Shown here one piece after another: positions 30,521 to 44,776 of a DNA stretch of 64,000 nucleotides; the stretch's first letter is position 1, and each line of letters opens with the position of its first letter. Origin of the DNA: Phoronis australis (Eukaryota; Animalia; Phoronida); NCBI GenBank assembly GCA_002633005.1, contig NMRA01000035.1, positions 662,863 through 726,862 on the forward strand, given 5' to 3'. The translations under genes and the position numbers were made by a program. Under the pieces are notes generated by a model. The model was not told the DNA's origin and did no database searches. It saw only the letters and a program-made list of their open reading frames with translations.

Positions 30521-33500
30521 CTATGTCTCCTCTTCCGCCTCTCCATCACCACCCTCTTCTTCATTCTCCTGTTCTCCAACACCTTCTTCAGACGGTTGCT
30601 GGAATAATTGACACTTCATAAGAAAGCAAAGAAAATTTTAACTACAATACCAAATCAGCTTCGGACATTACTGACCCTAAGAAGACAAAACAGAGATCAA
30701 CTGTTCTGCAGTTTTGTTTTGAACGTCTGAATGTACTATCTAAACATTCTAACTGTATTGTGTGAAGTCTGCCCATGCATAGAAACTGAACGTGTTTAGT
30801 TTTACGGGAGAAATTATTTTCAAATATGAGGTTCCCACATGATATATTGGGAATGTAAACATGCATGGAGTGTTACAATGGGAATGAAGAAGTTCAATGA
30901 CCAAGCTCAATCCAAAAACGCCAAAACGCACGTCAGTTGGCCTTCAAACTCCCAATTTATCAACTCCATCAAGCATTGGGTCATAGTACCAGCTTATTTT
31001 CACTCTTATTGTCTTCAGCAAATGAAATGACATGCCTATCAGTTCCAACTTATCAAGAGCAATCTTCCCCTATTGCATTTTATTTGTTTATTCCAAGCTA
31101 AGAAGTCATTTAACTTTCTTATCCGAGTAAGGTACAAGGAAAAGTTAATTTTAAGTTGGTAAGAAGTCTAATTCAAATGGGTTTTTTATATTGAAAGTCA
31201 CAAACAGCACAGGTTGGCATCTAATCTATTTACTCAAGATCAAAATTGTTTTTGTCATTTTCTGTTCTACTTTTGTGCGAACTCAAGATAAATGTCTATT
31301 ATTCAATGCTCGAGTGCACCTCATTACCCCCTATCGTTAAGGCTAAAAGTTGCCGGTTTTTAATACGAAAATCGAGCTTTTGGTTTTAACCTGAGGGTCA
31401 CCAAATGTTGACTTGGACAAGAAACTCATTTGTTCATTATTTTACTCGAGCAGAGAATAATGAACACTTATCTTCATTTTGTACACCGGAATATGGCAAA
31501 ATAATTTCAAGTTTAATTTCAAAAAGAAAGATTAGATACCAGCCCTGGCTGCATTAGCACTTTAACTCCAGCTCCGTTATAATGTGCCTACCACTGGCTC
31601 TTGTTGTTTCTCTTCCTGTCCCTCTTCTTGACCTTCCACCTCACCCTCTTCCTGATCCGGTTCTTGCTCTTCAGGATGAGGTTCTTCAGGCTCCTCCTGG
31701 TCTTCGCCAATGATTGGCAGTTGAGGAACTGCCCCCGCCTCCTGTCGAGCCCTTTCTTGAGCCTCTCGAGCTAACCTGTCCCTCTCCTCCTGAGAAAATA
31801 AATGAATCGAAACGAAAATAACGAAACAAATCACATAACGTTCACAATGAAAACTAGTTATGAGCTACGGTAGCCTTGGACTCAGGCTCTATTTGCATTT
31901 GAGTCTGGTGGAAATCTTTGACATCTGGTTCTTGGTCAATCATAGTGCTCTATTTGACGACTTGCAGATTGTGTCTAGTAACCTTGGCACAACTCTAAGT
32001 AACTACGAAGTCGCCACAGTGAGTATCATAGCCGGACAATAATCTCCCGAAACTCGTTTCAAAATTTGCGGTGACTTCCAAACTTTAAATTAATGACAAA
32101 TGGTTCTTTTGCCACCCTAAGCAGTCAGCACACATTTGGTAACCTCTAATTGTCGCATTTGGTGACTGCATCAAGCTAAGCGTCAAGCCCTACATCAGTT
32201 CTTATCCCACTCACCTTTCTCTTCCTCTCAGCTTCCAATCTTTCTAACTCTTCCCGTTCTGCCTTCATCTTGGCGAGCCTCTCCTGTTCCTCCGCCCATG
32301 CCACCTTCTCTATATCCAGCTGTTTGGCCTCTTCATCAGCCTATATAATGACAGTAACAGATGACAGACACGCAGTACAGCCTGGCCAACAAGACTCAAC
32401 AATACCAGCAAAGATGTCTTGAACACTTCTCAGGTTGAGCTACTAACTCCATGTACTGTTCTCTTGTGCAAAACAAATAAAATTGATTATGTTGCGGATT
32501 CAATCTCAGAAAATAATCACATAAGAATAAACAAGAGCAACGAAAAGCATTGAAATGTGCCAACAACTGCACTGTAAATGGTATGTCTCTAAGTGTGTTT
32601 ATTAGTGTAATAAAAATGGTCACTAGGTGGCAAAGAATGTGTAAAACCTGTTCAAATATGGTAAATGTAAAAACTAAATTGTCACAAGGGGGCACAGCAG
32701 TAGCCAAATCCATCCAAAAGTCAACATCATTTACTGTTACGTTCATAGAGAGAAACCCAATTGCCAATTTCACAAAGATCCCACAAGGGTTATGGTCATA
32801 CAGTGGCGGACATGAAAAACAAAATTAACGCTAGTGAGTACCACAATAATCTGAAGTGGTCTTCTCAGCAGAATCACAAATGCCAATTTTCACAATCCTT
32901 TGAGCAGTTTGGCAGACAGACGACAAAAAAACTCATAAATGCTACGGTGGCCACTAGGTGGCACAGAACATGGAAAGGCGCAGTTGTCTCCTTAATGGAA
33001 ACCCATTTACCAAATGTAATAAAATTACATCAAGGAACTCTGAACATACACACGCGAACATAAAAAGAGTGCAGGTGGTCTGATTTTATTGAGGAGCCAC
33101 ACAGTGCGGCTCATAACACCTGAGAGAATATTACAAGAGCCTTGTTATCGATGGTGAAAGACGTTTTGAAGTTTGTACTTTTTAAGAAAATAGACAGACT
33201 TTTCATTTGTTGTTAGGCACTGTATGTTGAAGGCATGTGATGGTACCATATGGGAGCTTGAGCCTTCATCTGAGATAGGTTAGACAAGACTCTACCACAT
33301 AAGACAAAACAATACATTGGATTTTTGTTGTCAACTAAGAGTAACAGCAAGTTGTTTTAAACGGGTTTTTTAAGTAAATTTCTCAAACGTGAAGCAATCA
33401 TTAATGAAGCTGATTTGAGAAAAAATGGTGTCCTCCGAGGAAATGTATTATAACAGCCAACAACTAAAATCGGCTTCTACCAGGCATTAAATGTAGAAGA

Positions 33501-33663
33501 AGAAAACACAACGTACCTTTTCTGCCCGTTCCCTGTTCTCAACATATTTGTACAACCAGTGTGCCATGTACTCTATAGGATCATAAGGCCTTTTCTCTGC
33601 AACCTCGGCTAAACAGTCAGTGAGACACACACCAAGGCTTTTCTTCAAATATTCTGAATCCAT
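30521..33663 (-). CDS. DYDC1: DPY30 domain-containing protein (DYDC1/2-like), 182 aa, acidic C-terminus
   Basis: Exons 33663-33517, 32340-32215, 31789-31592 and 30598-30521, all phase 0. [40 protein letters not shown] is the Dpy-30 motif, followed by a coiled coil. A probable non-coding first exon has its donor near 36066. Confidence 0.9.
32530..33116 (+). mobile_element. Helentron/HINE-like element (family A) in a DYDC intron
   Basis: AACAAGAGCAACG...TTGAAATGTGCC 5' end, 3' hairpin GAGCCACAC/GTGCGGCTC, CTCF-like motifs at 32618, 32680 and 32949. Confidence 0.75.
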
Positions 33664-34286
33664 CTTTTGCCTTTTTCTGAAGAGTATCATAAGGGTAAAT
33701 ATTGGAGTTAAAACTCATTTATCAGACTAAGAGACAATTCACTACACACAATTCACAAAGCGGACATTTGATTCTTCTGCTGTCTCTGTGTCTTTTGAAA
33801 ATGTCAAGTGGGAGATATCCTTAGAGCTTCCTAAGTTTAAAAATGAGACATCTGTTGTAATAGCTGAGATTATCCGACCCGGGAATCGAACCAGCGACCC
33901 TGATAAAACCAGCGACCATGCAACCATTCAATTAATAGGCAATCCCCCTTAGCTAGAGGCTAACAGAGACTGATATGATAAATCGGAAGCACATCTACAA
34001 CATAACTCTGTCTTTGTCATGTACCGTAATATCAGAGTAAATTTTCATGCAAGTTTCCTTTCAGTTTTACACTATTAATGCCAATAGCTGAAAAACTGGG
34101 AACAATGGATAGTCGAACCTCGCTACAATGTTCATCAAGAGATCTTCGAAATTTGTTTGTAATAGTTCATTGAAACCAGAGTAGACTTACGCACTGACAT
34201 AACGTAAACACTGGTAAGTAGTAAAATCAGGACTTGCATGAATTGAAAATGAAAGTTTGTACGATCGCGTTGCATGTTGTAATCGC

Positions 34287-34959
34287 AGGCGTCCTTAGCT
34301 TCTGATCATCCCCAATACACTACATATAATACTACAAGGTATGACACTCTGGACTAGAAATTCCACGGATGCTTCGATTCAGCCGTCCATATCAAAAACA
34401 TAACTCAATAAATTTACACATAACAGGGGTTCAACAAACCATGAGAAATTGTTCTTTCTTCTAATACCATTCATGGTGTCCTGCTCCAACGAGTTCGCAA
34501 GAAATTCGCAGTCAAAGCACAAAAATATTCCCAAAAAGCCCAAACACACTTCGTACTTTGACAGTTCGAGGTCAAGGACGGTACGGAAATTGACGGTTTG
34601 TCGCGTAAAGTTACCATGTCGATAACCCTGTCCATCCGTAATTCATCAGTAATTCCGTTCCGTCCTTGACCATGAACCGACAAAGTGCGAGGTGTTTTGA
34701 GGTTTTTGGGGAACATTTTTGTGCTTTGATTGCAAATTTTTTGTGAACTCACTGGATCAGGACACCGTGAATGGTATTATAAGAAAGAACATTGGTCATG
34801 GTTTGTTGAACCCCTGTTTCGTGTAAATTTATTGAGTTAAAATGTGTTTGATGTGGACGGCTGAACCGAAGCACCAGGGAAATTTCTAGTCCCGAGTGTC
34901 ATACCTTGTAGTATTATATGTAGACGTATTGGGGACGCAATCAGAAGCTGAGGACGCCT
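34287..34959. mobile_element. Foldback/MITE element, ~670-bp imperfect palindrome
   Basis: AGGCGTCCT...AGGACGCCT ends; arms of ~310 bp are reverse-complementary along their length, e.g. ATATAATACTACAAGGTATGACACTC / GAGTGTCATACCTTGTAGTATTATAT. Confidence 0.9.
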
Positions 34960-36065
34960 TAGCCTTAGTACAAAGCTGTATATAAATATACAGCTTTGCA
35001 CCGATGCCGGTAAAAAAGTGTTAAGATAAAATCTGACACAAAGTTAGTGTCATTAAAAACTACAGCCTTCTTTGAGTAAATTAAATTATTTAACGGTGTT
35101 GGCAAAAATGGCGTTCTACCGTTATTCTGCTGCTAAAGTTGTGGAGTGATCTTTAGTGACGGCTTTCGGTGCCATGAAATTTTGCGTCGCCTATTGGCCA
35201 GTTTCTTTTTTCACCGATTTTTCAATCAACTGTTGTTCTTTCACAAGATTGCTTTCACATCACAAGAAACTACAAGAACTGGTTTCACTTCATTAAAAGT
35301 TTTTAGAAATTTGGTACCGAAATTTTGTTACTGCCAAGCTATCATCATCTCCCGAGAGATGTCGCAAAAATTTAGGAAATGGCACTTACGTGTGACACGA
35401 GCGTACTGTTTTCAAAACGAAGAAATACTTATCATTGTTAGAAAAGGCAGAGAGTTACGCAAGAAAATCGCGTTTATTGCATTGTTTTTCACTTAAACGG
35501 CTGTAATGGGCAAGGTGAGTGTCGGTTAACTCCCAGATTTTGCATGCACACCGTCCGGTCTTTAGCTTTACATGTTGATACAAGTTTCACGGCGCGGTGA
35601 CGAGCAGAACTACACTGTCTGCGTGCAATTTCGGGGTCTACGGAAGAAATACACGCAGTGGGACCTAGCTGTATTTTGACGACAGCCTTCATGCAGCTAG
35701 CTGGATGGCTAAGGCCGCTAAGGACGCCTGTGCCTGTGGCTGTGGTTGTAATTAGGTTGGACTTTTTCCAATACTTTTCCACCCTCAAAAAATTGTGACA
35801 TTCATTCCGCAGTTGGGAAAATGTCTCCAGATCAAGAGAAAATTGTTGTGTCAATGAGAATTTTTCGGAATTTGACTTCCAATGCCAGGCTGTGCTTCTT
35901 CCGTCTGCCGACGGATCAGGAAAAGCGTGACTAAACTAATTTGATCACAAAAGACACAAACAAATGCTTTCCGATTTACTTAATAAGTGTTTACATAAAA
36001 ACAACAAATGCATCGTAGACCACTGATGAACAAACGAAGCTTGTTTTTATTACAAAATTGCCTTA

Positions 36066-36280
36066 CCAAGCAGAAATTCCGACTTGAAAACCCTTTTCAG
36101 CTTCTTTTGTTGCTATGAGATTCACTACGCAGCTTCCTGTGCGCAAGTGTACAATCAGGGCCAGAGACTCGTTTTCATAACCCCTGGTGACAGCGTGGGG
36201 TTGCTATGAATTGAACAGCTGTACCGCGGTAGACCAGTTACCTATTTGCTTATTGTCTGGGTGTACCTTGAACAGTGAAG
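36066..36280. promoter_or_regulatory. Bidirectional promoter with RFX X-box-like motifs
   Basis: GTTGCTATG at 36109 and 36200 and CCTGGTGAC at ~36183 lie between two divergently transcribed cilia-associated genes. Confidence 0.6.
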
Positions 36281-39200
36281 ATGGCTACTGCTGCGGTGCA
36301 GCCGTTGCCTGATGTATACAGTAGGAGAAATTCAACGCTGTCCTCGTCTACTGAAAAAACTAACACAACTTGGAGATATGACGTTTTTGGACACCCACGG
36401 ATTCCAAAAGGCGCTATGGTCTACACAGGTAATATATTAATAAAATTAATAGTACTTATTATGCCTACACTTATATACATGAAAGATACGAACTAATGAA
36501 GGTATAAAAGATGTTTCACTTGTGTTGTGTCATTTTATGAAAGTCGTTTCGGCATGATTATGAGTAGGCCCCTATAAGAAATTAAATGCGTTCAGAGATT
36601 ATTAAACAGAGTCGCAGTCACTGACGTTTTATATCAAGTTAAATTGCCGGTGTCTTTGTCGTTTAGCTATATTTCACTTGAGGACAGACACAACAAATTA
36701 ACTTGAGTTATAAGTTGTCTCGAAGAACGTGAAACAGTTGTGAAGGAATAACTCATATTGGAGTCACCGTGACTATAGATGTCATCATTCGTGTCTGAAT
36801 TACATTTTTTATTCCAACAGTTCTCAAAAATAAGATACCGGTACCTTCATTTCAGAGTAAGCGCAATTTTTATCTAACATTGGATAGAGTTTAAAAGCCT
36901 GAGGAGTAACGCACGGCCCGAACGCGAAATTATTCGATTCACTGTTCAATATTTATTCTGTGTTTCATTTCCAAGGTTCATTAACACAGATATCTCGCCT
37001 TACATCCCCTCAGCATTGTTGCCAAAGGGAACCAAACCACACGTTCGACAGTGAGAAAACAAACGAATCGATTTGACCGTATTTGACGATTGTTTGACTA
37101 TGTTAGTGTTGTCATTACCCCAACAGTATGTGGAGATTGCTAATCGTGATTGGTTAGACATATATTGATCGCGTGTCATGTTTGATTTGGGACAAATCCG
37201 GTAGCATCAGACATCAAAGTTCATTCACATAATAGAAAAAATCGTATGACGAATGCCTCTAATTCGCGGGCGTCAGTGCATGAACCCCGAAGCACCACTC
37301 TGAATTAGTATGGTCTCGCGGGAATGATTTCTATTCATTAGCGTGAATTCAACTCCTAGTTCAAAATCATCGCTTACAATCAGAAGACCTGTTGACCAGC
37401 TCCGTGAAAGCATTGCGGGAATTCGCGCGTGAACATGTCCCGCAGACGTCACAGTACCGAGAGTGTATTGGGGCGGATGATAGTTTAAGCCAGTGTTATG
37501 CCTACCTAATCTAAAGCATACAAACAACGGTTAAAACACGTTTAGGTTTGATCTAGGGTTTATTAAGCATGTCTAGAGTGGCCTTTGACATTTGCTTACG
37601 CTCGATCTGTAATTTGTGTATTCAAGGCCATTGTGAATGTTATCTCGGCAAATACAATTTGCAAACTGAACGCGGCAACGAAGATGTTGTCAAACAAGTA
37701 TTGCGGCGAATGCCTCCTTAGCGATGAACAGAATGTTTGAACAGCGTTTTCCCTACATGGTTGGTGTTACAACATTGAGAAATTCTGTGCCATGTTTGAA
37801 AATTGGGCCGTGTTTTAAAAAACCTTAAACCATGTGGAAATACTGAACTTTTTCTGCGAGAGAAGACACGTGTTCATGCGGCAATTTGAATCATCTTTGG
37901 AATTTTTTGCGAGGACAACTCTGGCTTGCTAATAATTGTTGGCTGTTGGAATTCTGTCTTCATAAAGTGTTACTCTGTAGCCAAATAAAATTCATAGAGA
38001 AATCCCTCTTTGTGGCTGACGAAAAGAAAAAACATTACCTGTGGTAACGTCGTTATGATTCGTTCAATAGGCTCACTAAAGTGTATACTTGCGAATTTAC
38101 ACTTTGTCTAGCGATTATAATGTAACGGGGGCAGAATTGCAGACTTATCGGAATCAGTTTTATCAATGAAGTCGTCTGGTCTTTATCGATATCCGAGACA
38201 ATAATGACATTCACTCGATTTCTGCTTGTTATTTATTCTTTCCTGTTTTAATGGAGACTAGAATTGAAAAAGCTATGTCTAGCTTGTTCTCATCGGGTTT
38301 AGGTTTATTCACGTTGATCCGCAGATTACAAGATATTGGGTGTATGGAATTCCCTCTCAACGTGTTGTTCAAATATTTCCCAAGTGCTTTTGGAAATGAT
38401 AATAACCTTGACCACAGAGTTTGACGGTATGAACGTGTCAGCTTCTACGTGTAATTTATAATTATGCCATGCTTGGTGTGGTACACTCAATGAAAGATCA
38501 TGAATTGTCAACCCCAGAGGGAAATAGATAACCCTTCCGACAACAGGTCTTCTGCAGTGAGTTATTATTTTTTAAGTGTTATTTTATTTTTTCCATGAAT
38601 TTATTCAATGAATATAAGTACAAACAAAACAGTACTTCTCAAAACTCGAGTTAAATCATCTCACGTTCCACGGATTTCTCGGCCGAATTCATTCAATGTC
38701 GAGCGTGTACGATATTATCTTAAAAGTACCTGACGAATGTCTGAGTTTATGGTCCTTGTTTCCAAACAATAAAACAATTAAGCTATTGAATATATGGCAT
38801 TTGTCGGTTTTATATGGTTTTATTAGCAGACAGCACCGTTTGCCTTTCACACGGTCCATATTATACACAATTATATGTTTTATTTATTCTCGTCTGAGTA
38901 GACGCTATTCAAACAAGCTTTATTATTAATGAATTTAGCGAAAGAGTGCATTGTATTCTACTGTGCACGTAAAGTGACTACTTCTAGAGTGGCTGTTGGT
39001 ATTTCTCCTCCGCTAATTTGGCCGCGCTTGACTGTGGACGTTGTAAGCCCAGCCCAGAAATCGCGTGTGATCGCACAGTATTGGTGCCCGCAGGGAAACA
39101 AGACGTCACTTAACTGTTATTAAACATAAAAGTCGTCAGTACGAATTTGAAGAAGGAGTTTCGTTGAAAGAATCTTGTGTCTACGTTTGAGGTTATAAGG

Positions 39201-42200
39201 TGCCAAATAAAGAAATTGGGATTGTTAATCAAGTCCTAATATTCACTGCGACTGACTCGTTCACTTTGTCACCCTTTTTTCGTATATGTAACCGTCATTG
39301 TCAGAGCGTTACATAATACTTTTAAGTGCGACTACACGTATTACTGTGTGTTTTGAACATGAATGCAACAACTTATACGATCAAATTTTGAAATTAAAAC
39401 CTTGTTTGTAAGTCAAATCGACCTTAGAAGTTCTGCTTTATAAATGAAGGGCCGTTAAAATATCCAAATATGGCTAACAGTAACTTAACAACGTCATATC
39501 TTAAAAATGGATAAAGGACTTATATGAGATTTTCAGATATGTTTTATGCACTGTTCCACAAATCGCTTTTGGAATTATTTTCAAATGTTTGCACGAGGGG
39601 CTATGAAAAAGCAGGACTTTAATCATTTGTGAGAAAATTTGTATAAAATGAAACTTAAATTTAAAAGGATACTAAACTATGTTTTGATGATTTCCACAAA
39701 ATTCTTGTTCTGTCTCTTGGTAATGCATCACTCATGGTGTCAATCTTCCTAGTTCAAGACAGGAATCCACTAAAAACTCCTTATCCCTATGTCACAGATT
39801 AAACATTGTGGTCCTTGGTGAGTGTTCTTTTTCCATAGTTGCCGTTCAATTTCTTAAAAGCGTAGGTCACGCTTGCCCGTTTACCAGACTTTGAAAGGAG
39901 TTTTCAATTTTCTTCTCCCAACCTTTTAGGGTTATCGAGGGTTACAAAGCGTTATTTTGTTTCAGATAACTGAATGAGAGGGAAGTATTAGTATCTGTTA
40001 ATAGACCAAATCCGGGTTTGGTATCCTTTTAACAAACTGTAACAGCGTTTTTGAGATTTCTTCTTAAAATTGAATCGAATGAAAGTTGGACTTGTTATTG
40101 ATACCGTTGTTTTGCTATGAATATACATCTCGTTTTTGCTACATTTTACTGCAAGGAAATGTCAATTCTGCCTTCGGAAAATATACACTTTTACTGAGTT
40201 AATTTTTTAAGGATTATATTTGACTAAATGCAGACTTGTTGATAAAGTCCTACATAACCGTATAAACAGGTAAATATCGTCGATGACGTCATGAACACAA
40301 TCTATATTTGTGATAACGCAACCACCAACACCCATTGAGTATCAGTATGTTAGATTTGAATACAAAACATTTACGGGTCGAAAATCTCTTCACTTTACTG
40401 AACAGTCATCTGCGGGACATTCTGTCACAAGCCGGACAATATTATCTAAGCACGATAATAAAAGAACGCATTGACGTCAATGGCTGTCGATATTACAATA
40501 GGGCTCATCAACCGATGTCCATTTTCGCATGAATATAACACTCAGCGTTCATGATCTCAGTCATAAGTAAAACGGTCTTTGATGCCCAAAGGACATGTCA
40601 CTAGTGAACTTAACTTGTTGAATACACGCTGTTGAGAAGCTGAATCCCACTGCGAAGCTTTGACAAGTTGCGCTCATCACAAATATGAAGTTGTTTGATT
40701 CAAAAGTAGATTAGGAGACTACATTGACCCCACGTTGAGTAAATTTTCCAATTTTCATGGCAGATGTTTAACATTATTGTATCTGTTCAAATCATGCTGG
40801 CAAGAAAATAAGCATTATCTTCGCTACTACAATTTAAATAACCGATTTACCCTCAAGAGACGATACCTTGCAGCACGCTTGACCGCATTCTATGGGAGAA
40901 CTCCGCCCACCCCCAACCGCCGGGTCCATTTGGTCCTATGTTAGTGCGTGACCGTTTAATGACGAACGTGATGTGGCAAAGAAATGTTCACTATGCAGTC
41001 GGTCGCTGTTCGTCGTGTTGCCATGACTTTTCGCTGTTAATTCTCGGAGATGATTTTCTCCTTTTGGCCTGATGACTCATCTTGTCTAGGAATTAAGTGT
41101 TGCGTGTGCTTGAATTGTTTTTTGATATACGAGATTTTCAATGGTTGTAAGGTTTAGTTGTAATACTTAGGCCAATAACTGATGTACCACATTAAGGTTA
41201 TGTCAAGTTTGCGTTTATAGCTAAATAACTACAAAACAACATATTTTATTCCAGTAAGAGTATATCATCTGAAAGTCGAAAGCCTGTAACATGTGATTGC
41301 GACTGGCGTTTAAGGTTATTTGGGTCGCGTGAGCATGCATTTTAAGTAAAATTTAACAAAAATAAAGATATTTGATAGCAAAACAACGGCATCGGTAAAA
41401 TGACTGTATTTCGTTTGATATAAAAGCTCAAGATGAAATCTTAAGAACGCTGTACATTTTTCTAAAATATCATTTTGTTTTGGTTTCGTGCAACTTTTAC
41501 CGGATTTTTTTTTCATAACCTCTCGTGCAACAGTGAATTTTTTAAAATAAAATTCTATCGGGGTTTTACCAAACTTGTGCATGAAATATAGTTTCTGGAA
41601 GTTTCATGTGAATCCGATCTGCTATTTCTAAGATATGTAATTCCGAAGTTAGTCAAATTTAGACAATTTTCTGAGGTCCTACACAACCTTGAAATGCAAT
41701 TTACTCGTTTTCTATTTAAGATATGGTTAGATGAATGTTGTCTCGCCTGAAACCTACATGTCTAAATCAAAGCTGACAACTGAGGTTTATAAAACACGCA
41801 CTCTTTGTTTAGGTCCAGACAACCTTAGCGAATTTCATCGAATGACAGTCGACGCTGAGCACCGTTACGTGGGGATAGGTACATTCTCCAAAGAGCACAC
41901 GTCAGAACTAGATTACCTATGGCGGCCGGCCCCTAGGGCAACGTTCCCTAGACCTAAGTCAGTTTCTCCAGGTGCTATTGGATGGGGCGTAACCATGGGT
42001 ATTCATGATAGACGCGCTGCAACAACCGGTGCTCAAATAGTGGTACGTATACGTCGTTTGATTGCCATAAAAGAGCTTTGTTGGATATTGGCCAACACTC
42101 GCGTCGTTTTCACCCTGTGCTGGGGAACAATATGTGCTCACGTGCAGTTTGAATAGACTTCTTTGATACTATTAGCGCAAAATCGAAATTCAAACGAAGT

Positions 42201-42994
42201 TGCAGTTGATGTTATTCAAATTCGTTTTTCCGCGCAATTAAAATTAATTGTGGTATGCGTGAATGTTTTCTTGTGACCCGGAAATTGTCGGTGTACACAC
42301 TCTCTGAATTTCATTCGTCAAACAAATTTGCATCAACTTGTTCATTTGCTGATTATCTCGGTGCAGAAATTTATTTAATTTTAATTTCAAAATGCATTCT
42401 GATTTACAGTAAATTGGCAATGGTTGTTGCAAAGGTTATTATAAACGTTGATTTTCCATTTCAGCTTGGACCATTTAGACAAGAAGTCGAGCAGAGAGCT
42501 ACACACAGATTTCAAAATGCTTGGTACGTATAAACATGATGTCAAGACAGCTTCCTTGTTTCTAAATGTTTTTGCATTCGCGTAACAAACGTAGACCTCT
42601 ACGATTTCCAAAAAAAAATAAATGCAAAAGAAAGAATGAAATGGTTAATAACTATCCACCTTTCTTAACTTAGTTACTTTTGCAAGGAGTTTTAGTTAAC
42701 TTAAAAATTGTTTTCTTTATTGACAGGTATCCCGGTCCAAATGAACATTTTGTCGATAATTCCGGTTACGGCCGGGTGCTCAATGTTTACCAGTCACGCG
42801 CTCAATCTGCTCCCGTGCCGCCAACTGAGGCTCGCATTAATTCCTTCAACAGGCGGACACCATCCGCCACGGCCCTCCACTCAGTCGGGGCTTCCGGCGG
42901 TCAACGGAGTCGGACAAATAGCATATCGAGTCATTCAAGTAGGCACACGGGATCGTCGTTTCGAAGTGGTTCCACAACTATCAAATACACGTAG
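36281..42994 (+). CDS. SPMIP2: C4orf45/SPMIP2-like protein (sperm/ciliary microtubule inner protein family), 234 aa
   Basis: Exons 36281-36428, 41813-42042, 42465-42523 and 42727-42994 join in frame. Motifs MVYTGPD, YVG, ELDYLWRPA, IGWG and THRFQNAW match my recollection of human C4orf45. Confidence 0.85.
41314..41688 (+). mobile_element. Kolobok-like MITE (family C)
   Basis: TTAA|GGTT...AACC|TTGA ends; internal AAGTTTCATGTGAATCCGATC...AGATAT is shared with 54227-54743. Confidence 0.55.
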
Positions 42995-44776
42995 ACTGCA
43001 GAAGCACACCATATATCAGCGATGACTGAACCTCCCAGTCGGGATTGACACTGATAGATCAAGACTAAAACGCGGACTTGGAAATGTGCGAATCTCTGGT
43101 ATTGTGGTCACAGCTGACGACACCAGTCACAGAATTCGGTTGGGAAAACCGTGCCCCCAAGGTTCACTTAGGACTAAAAATGTGCGACCTCCAAGTACAT
43201 TGTGGGAACCTGGGTAGAGTTTCGTAGACGCAAGAATCTGGTTGGGAAGTAAGTGTGATCACGTTTTTCGCTTGTAAAACATGGCGATATCTCTTGCGTG
43301 TTCTTGCGTTTTCGTTTTCGCGAGATTTTCGCTTCTGGGGAACACATCCCGTATAGGATCTTCTGATCAAGAGAACAAGGGATCGTTTTTCTGGTTAAAA
43401 GATGAAGACCTATTGGAATGAGCTTAATATATTTTATGCTTGTTTATGGGCGCGCCTGTTCTTTGAATTTTGCGCCAACGTAGCACAAACGTATTAAATT
43501 TTGAACTCCGACAATATAACTAGATCGACCAACTGTGGCCCTCGTGTGGCAATCGCGTCAGTCTCTCAATAACTTTCTACACTCGCGACATTTAGCAATC
43601 TGACGAGGTACGACTTGTTACTTATTTTGATTTAAAAACATCGTCACAAACTCGTTCTTCCTGGCGTCGTCCGCGCCTTTTTATCCTTGAAAGGAAAACC
43701 TGTCAGTTTCAAAATATCTTATATGATGCGACAAATGATGTGCTGAAAAGTTGCTACTGTTAGCAATTAAGTGGGAGAAATTCGTGGAATATGAAAATAA
43801 TCAATTAAACCTTGAGTTCAAATTGCATGCTTGAGACAGATAGTTTATTCCCGTCGAACCAGCTCACACCAGGTCGCTAGTATAAAAAGTTATTGAGAGA
43901 CGGAGTCTCGTTTGCCTGTGGTCTAGTCCTATTTGGCCCGTATTGGTTTGGAAAATACCCGACATTCGGGACTCCATAGCCAGTTATCGTTTCCCATACT
44001 CTATAAAGTTTTAGGACGAATTTCTTCATGTAGATATGTTTACTATTTTTACTTTGTTTCTTCGTTGTCAAACTCAGTTCAAAGTCGTTGTGAAACTGTC
44101 TACATTTTCTTTTTAAATCTTGAAGAGCAGTTCGCCTTGTTTTACAGTTACTAGTTGGCTAAAATGAAAATCAAATTAAGTCTTTTACTCTTAAGAAACT
44201 GGTCTCACCAGTCTGACAGGATTTGGTTTCTGCTACCAAGAGGCACAAACAAAACCCACAACAAGTCAAGAAAAGCATTGGCATAAAAATCGTCGATTTT
44301 ATTGGGGTTTTGACGTCCTTGAAATTCGCGCTGACTTCCATTCAAAAATAGGCCGGTCACGTGACTTCATTTCCCGAGAGTACGTCGTTGATCAGAAGTT
44401 GGTTATGCTTCTTCGTGTGGAACTCGAAAAGTGAAAAAGTGACAGCCAAACGGGGCGAAATGCAGTTTTAAATTCTTCAATTGTTGTCGAGATAAAACTC
44501 AGAAGGTTAAGTTAGAAACCATTGTGGCAGTCATTGTTTGTGTATTTATTGTTACATTTGATCTGCAAACTGTTTTGTAATATTGAACTATAACTATTGC
44601 TATATTGCTATTACTATGTTATTTCGTGGTATTTCCATGATATTTTAAAAAATATTTCTGAAAATTTGCTCAATTTTCATTTAGCTTCGTGAATACATTT
44701 CATTGGTGAATTACTCCAGTTGAGAGTGATTGATTTTATTATTAACTAGATTGTCATTATTTTATTCATTCATGGA

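Noticed and set aside
38320-38540. Faint resemblance to a Gypsy integrase N-terminus on the minus strand
   Set aside because: It needs several frameshifts and has no intact HHCC or DDE motif; too weak to call.
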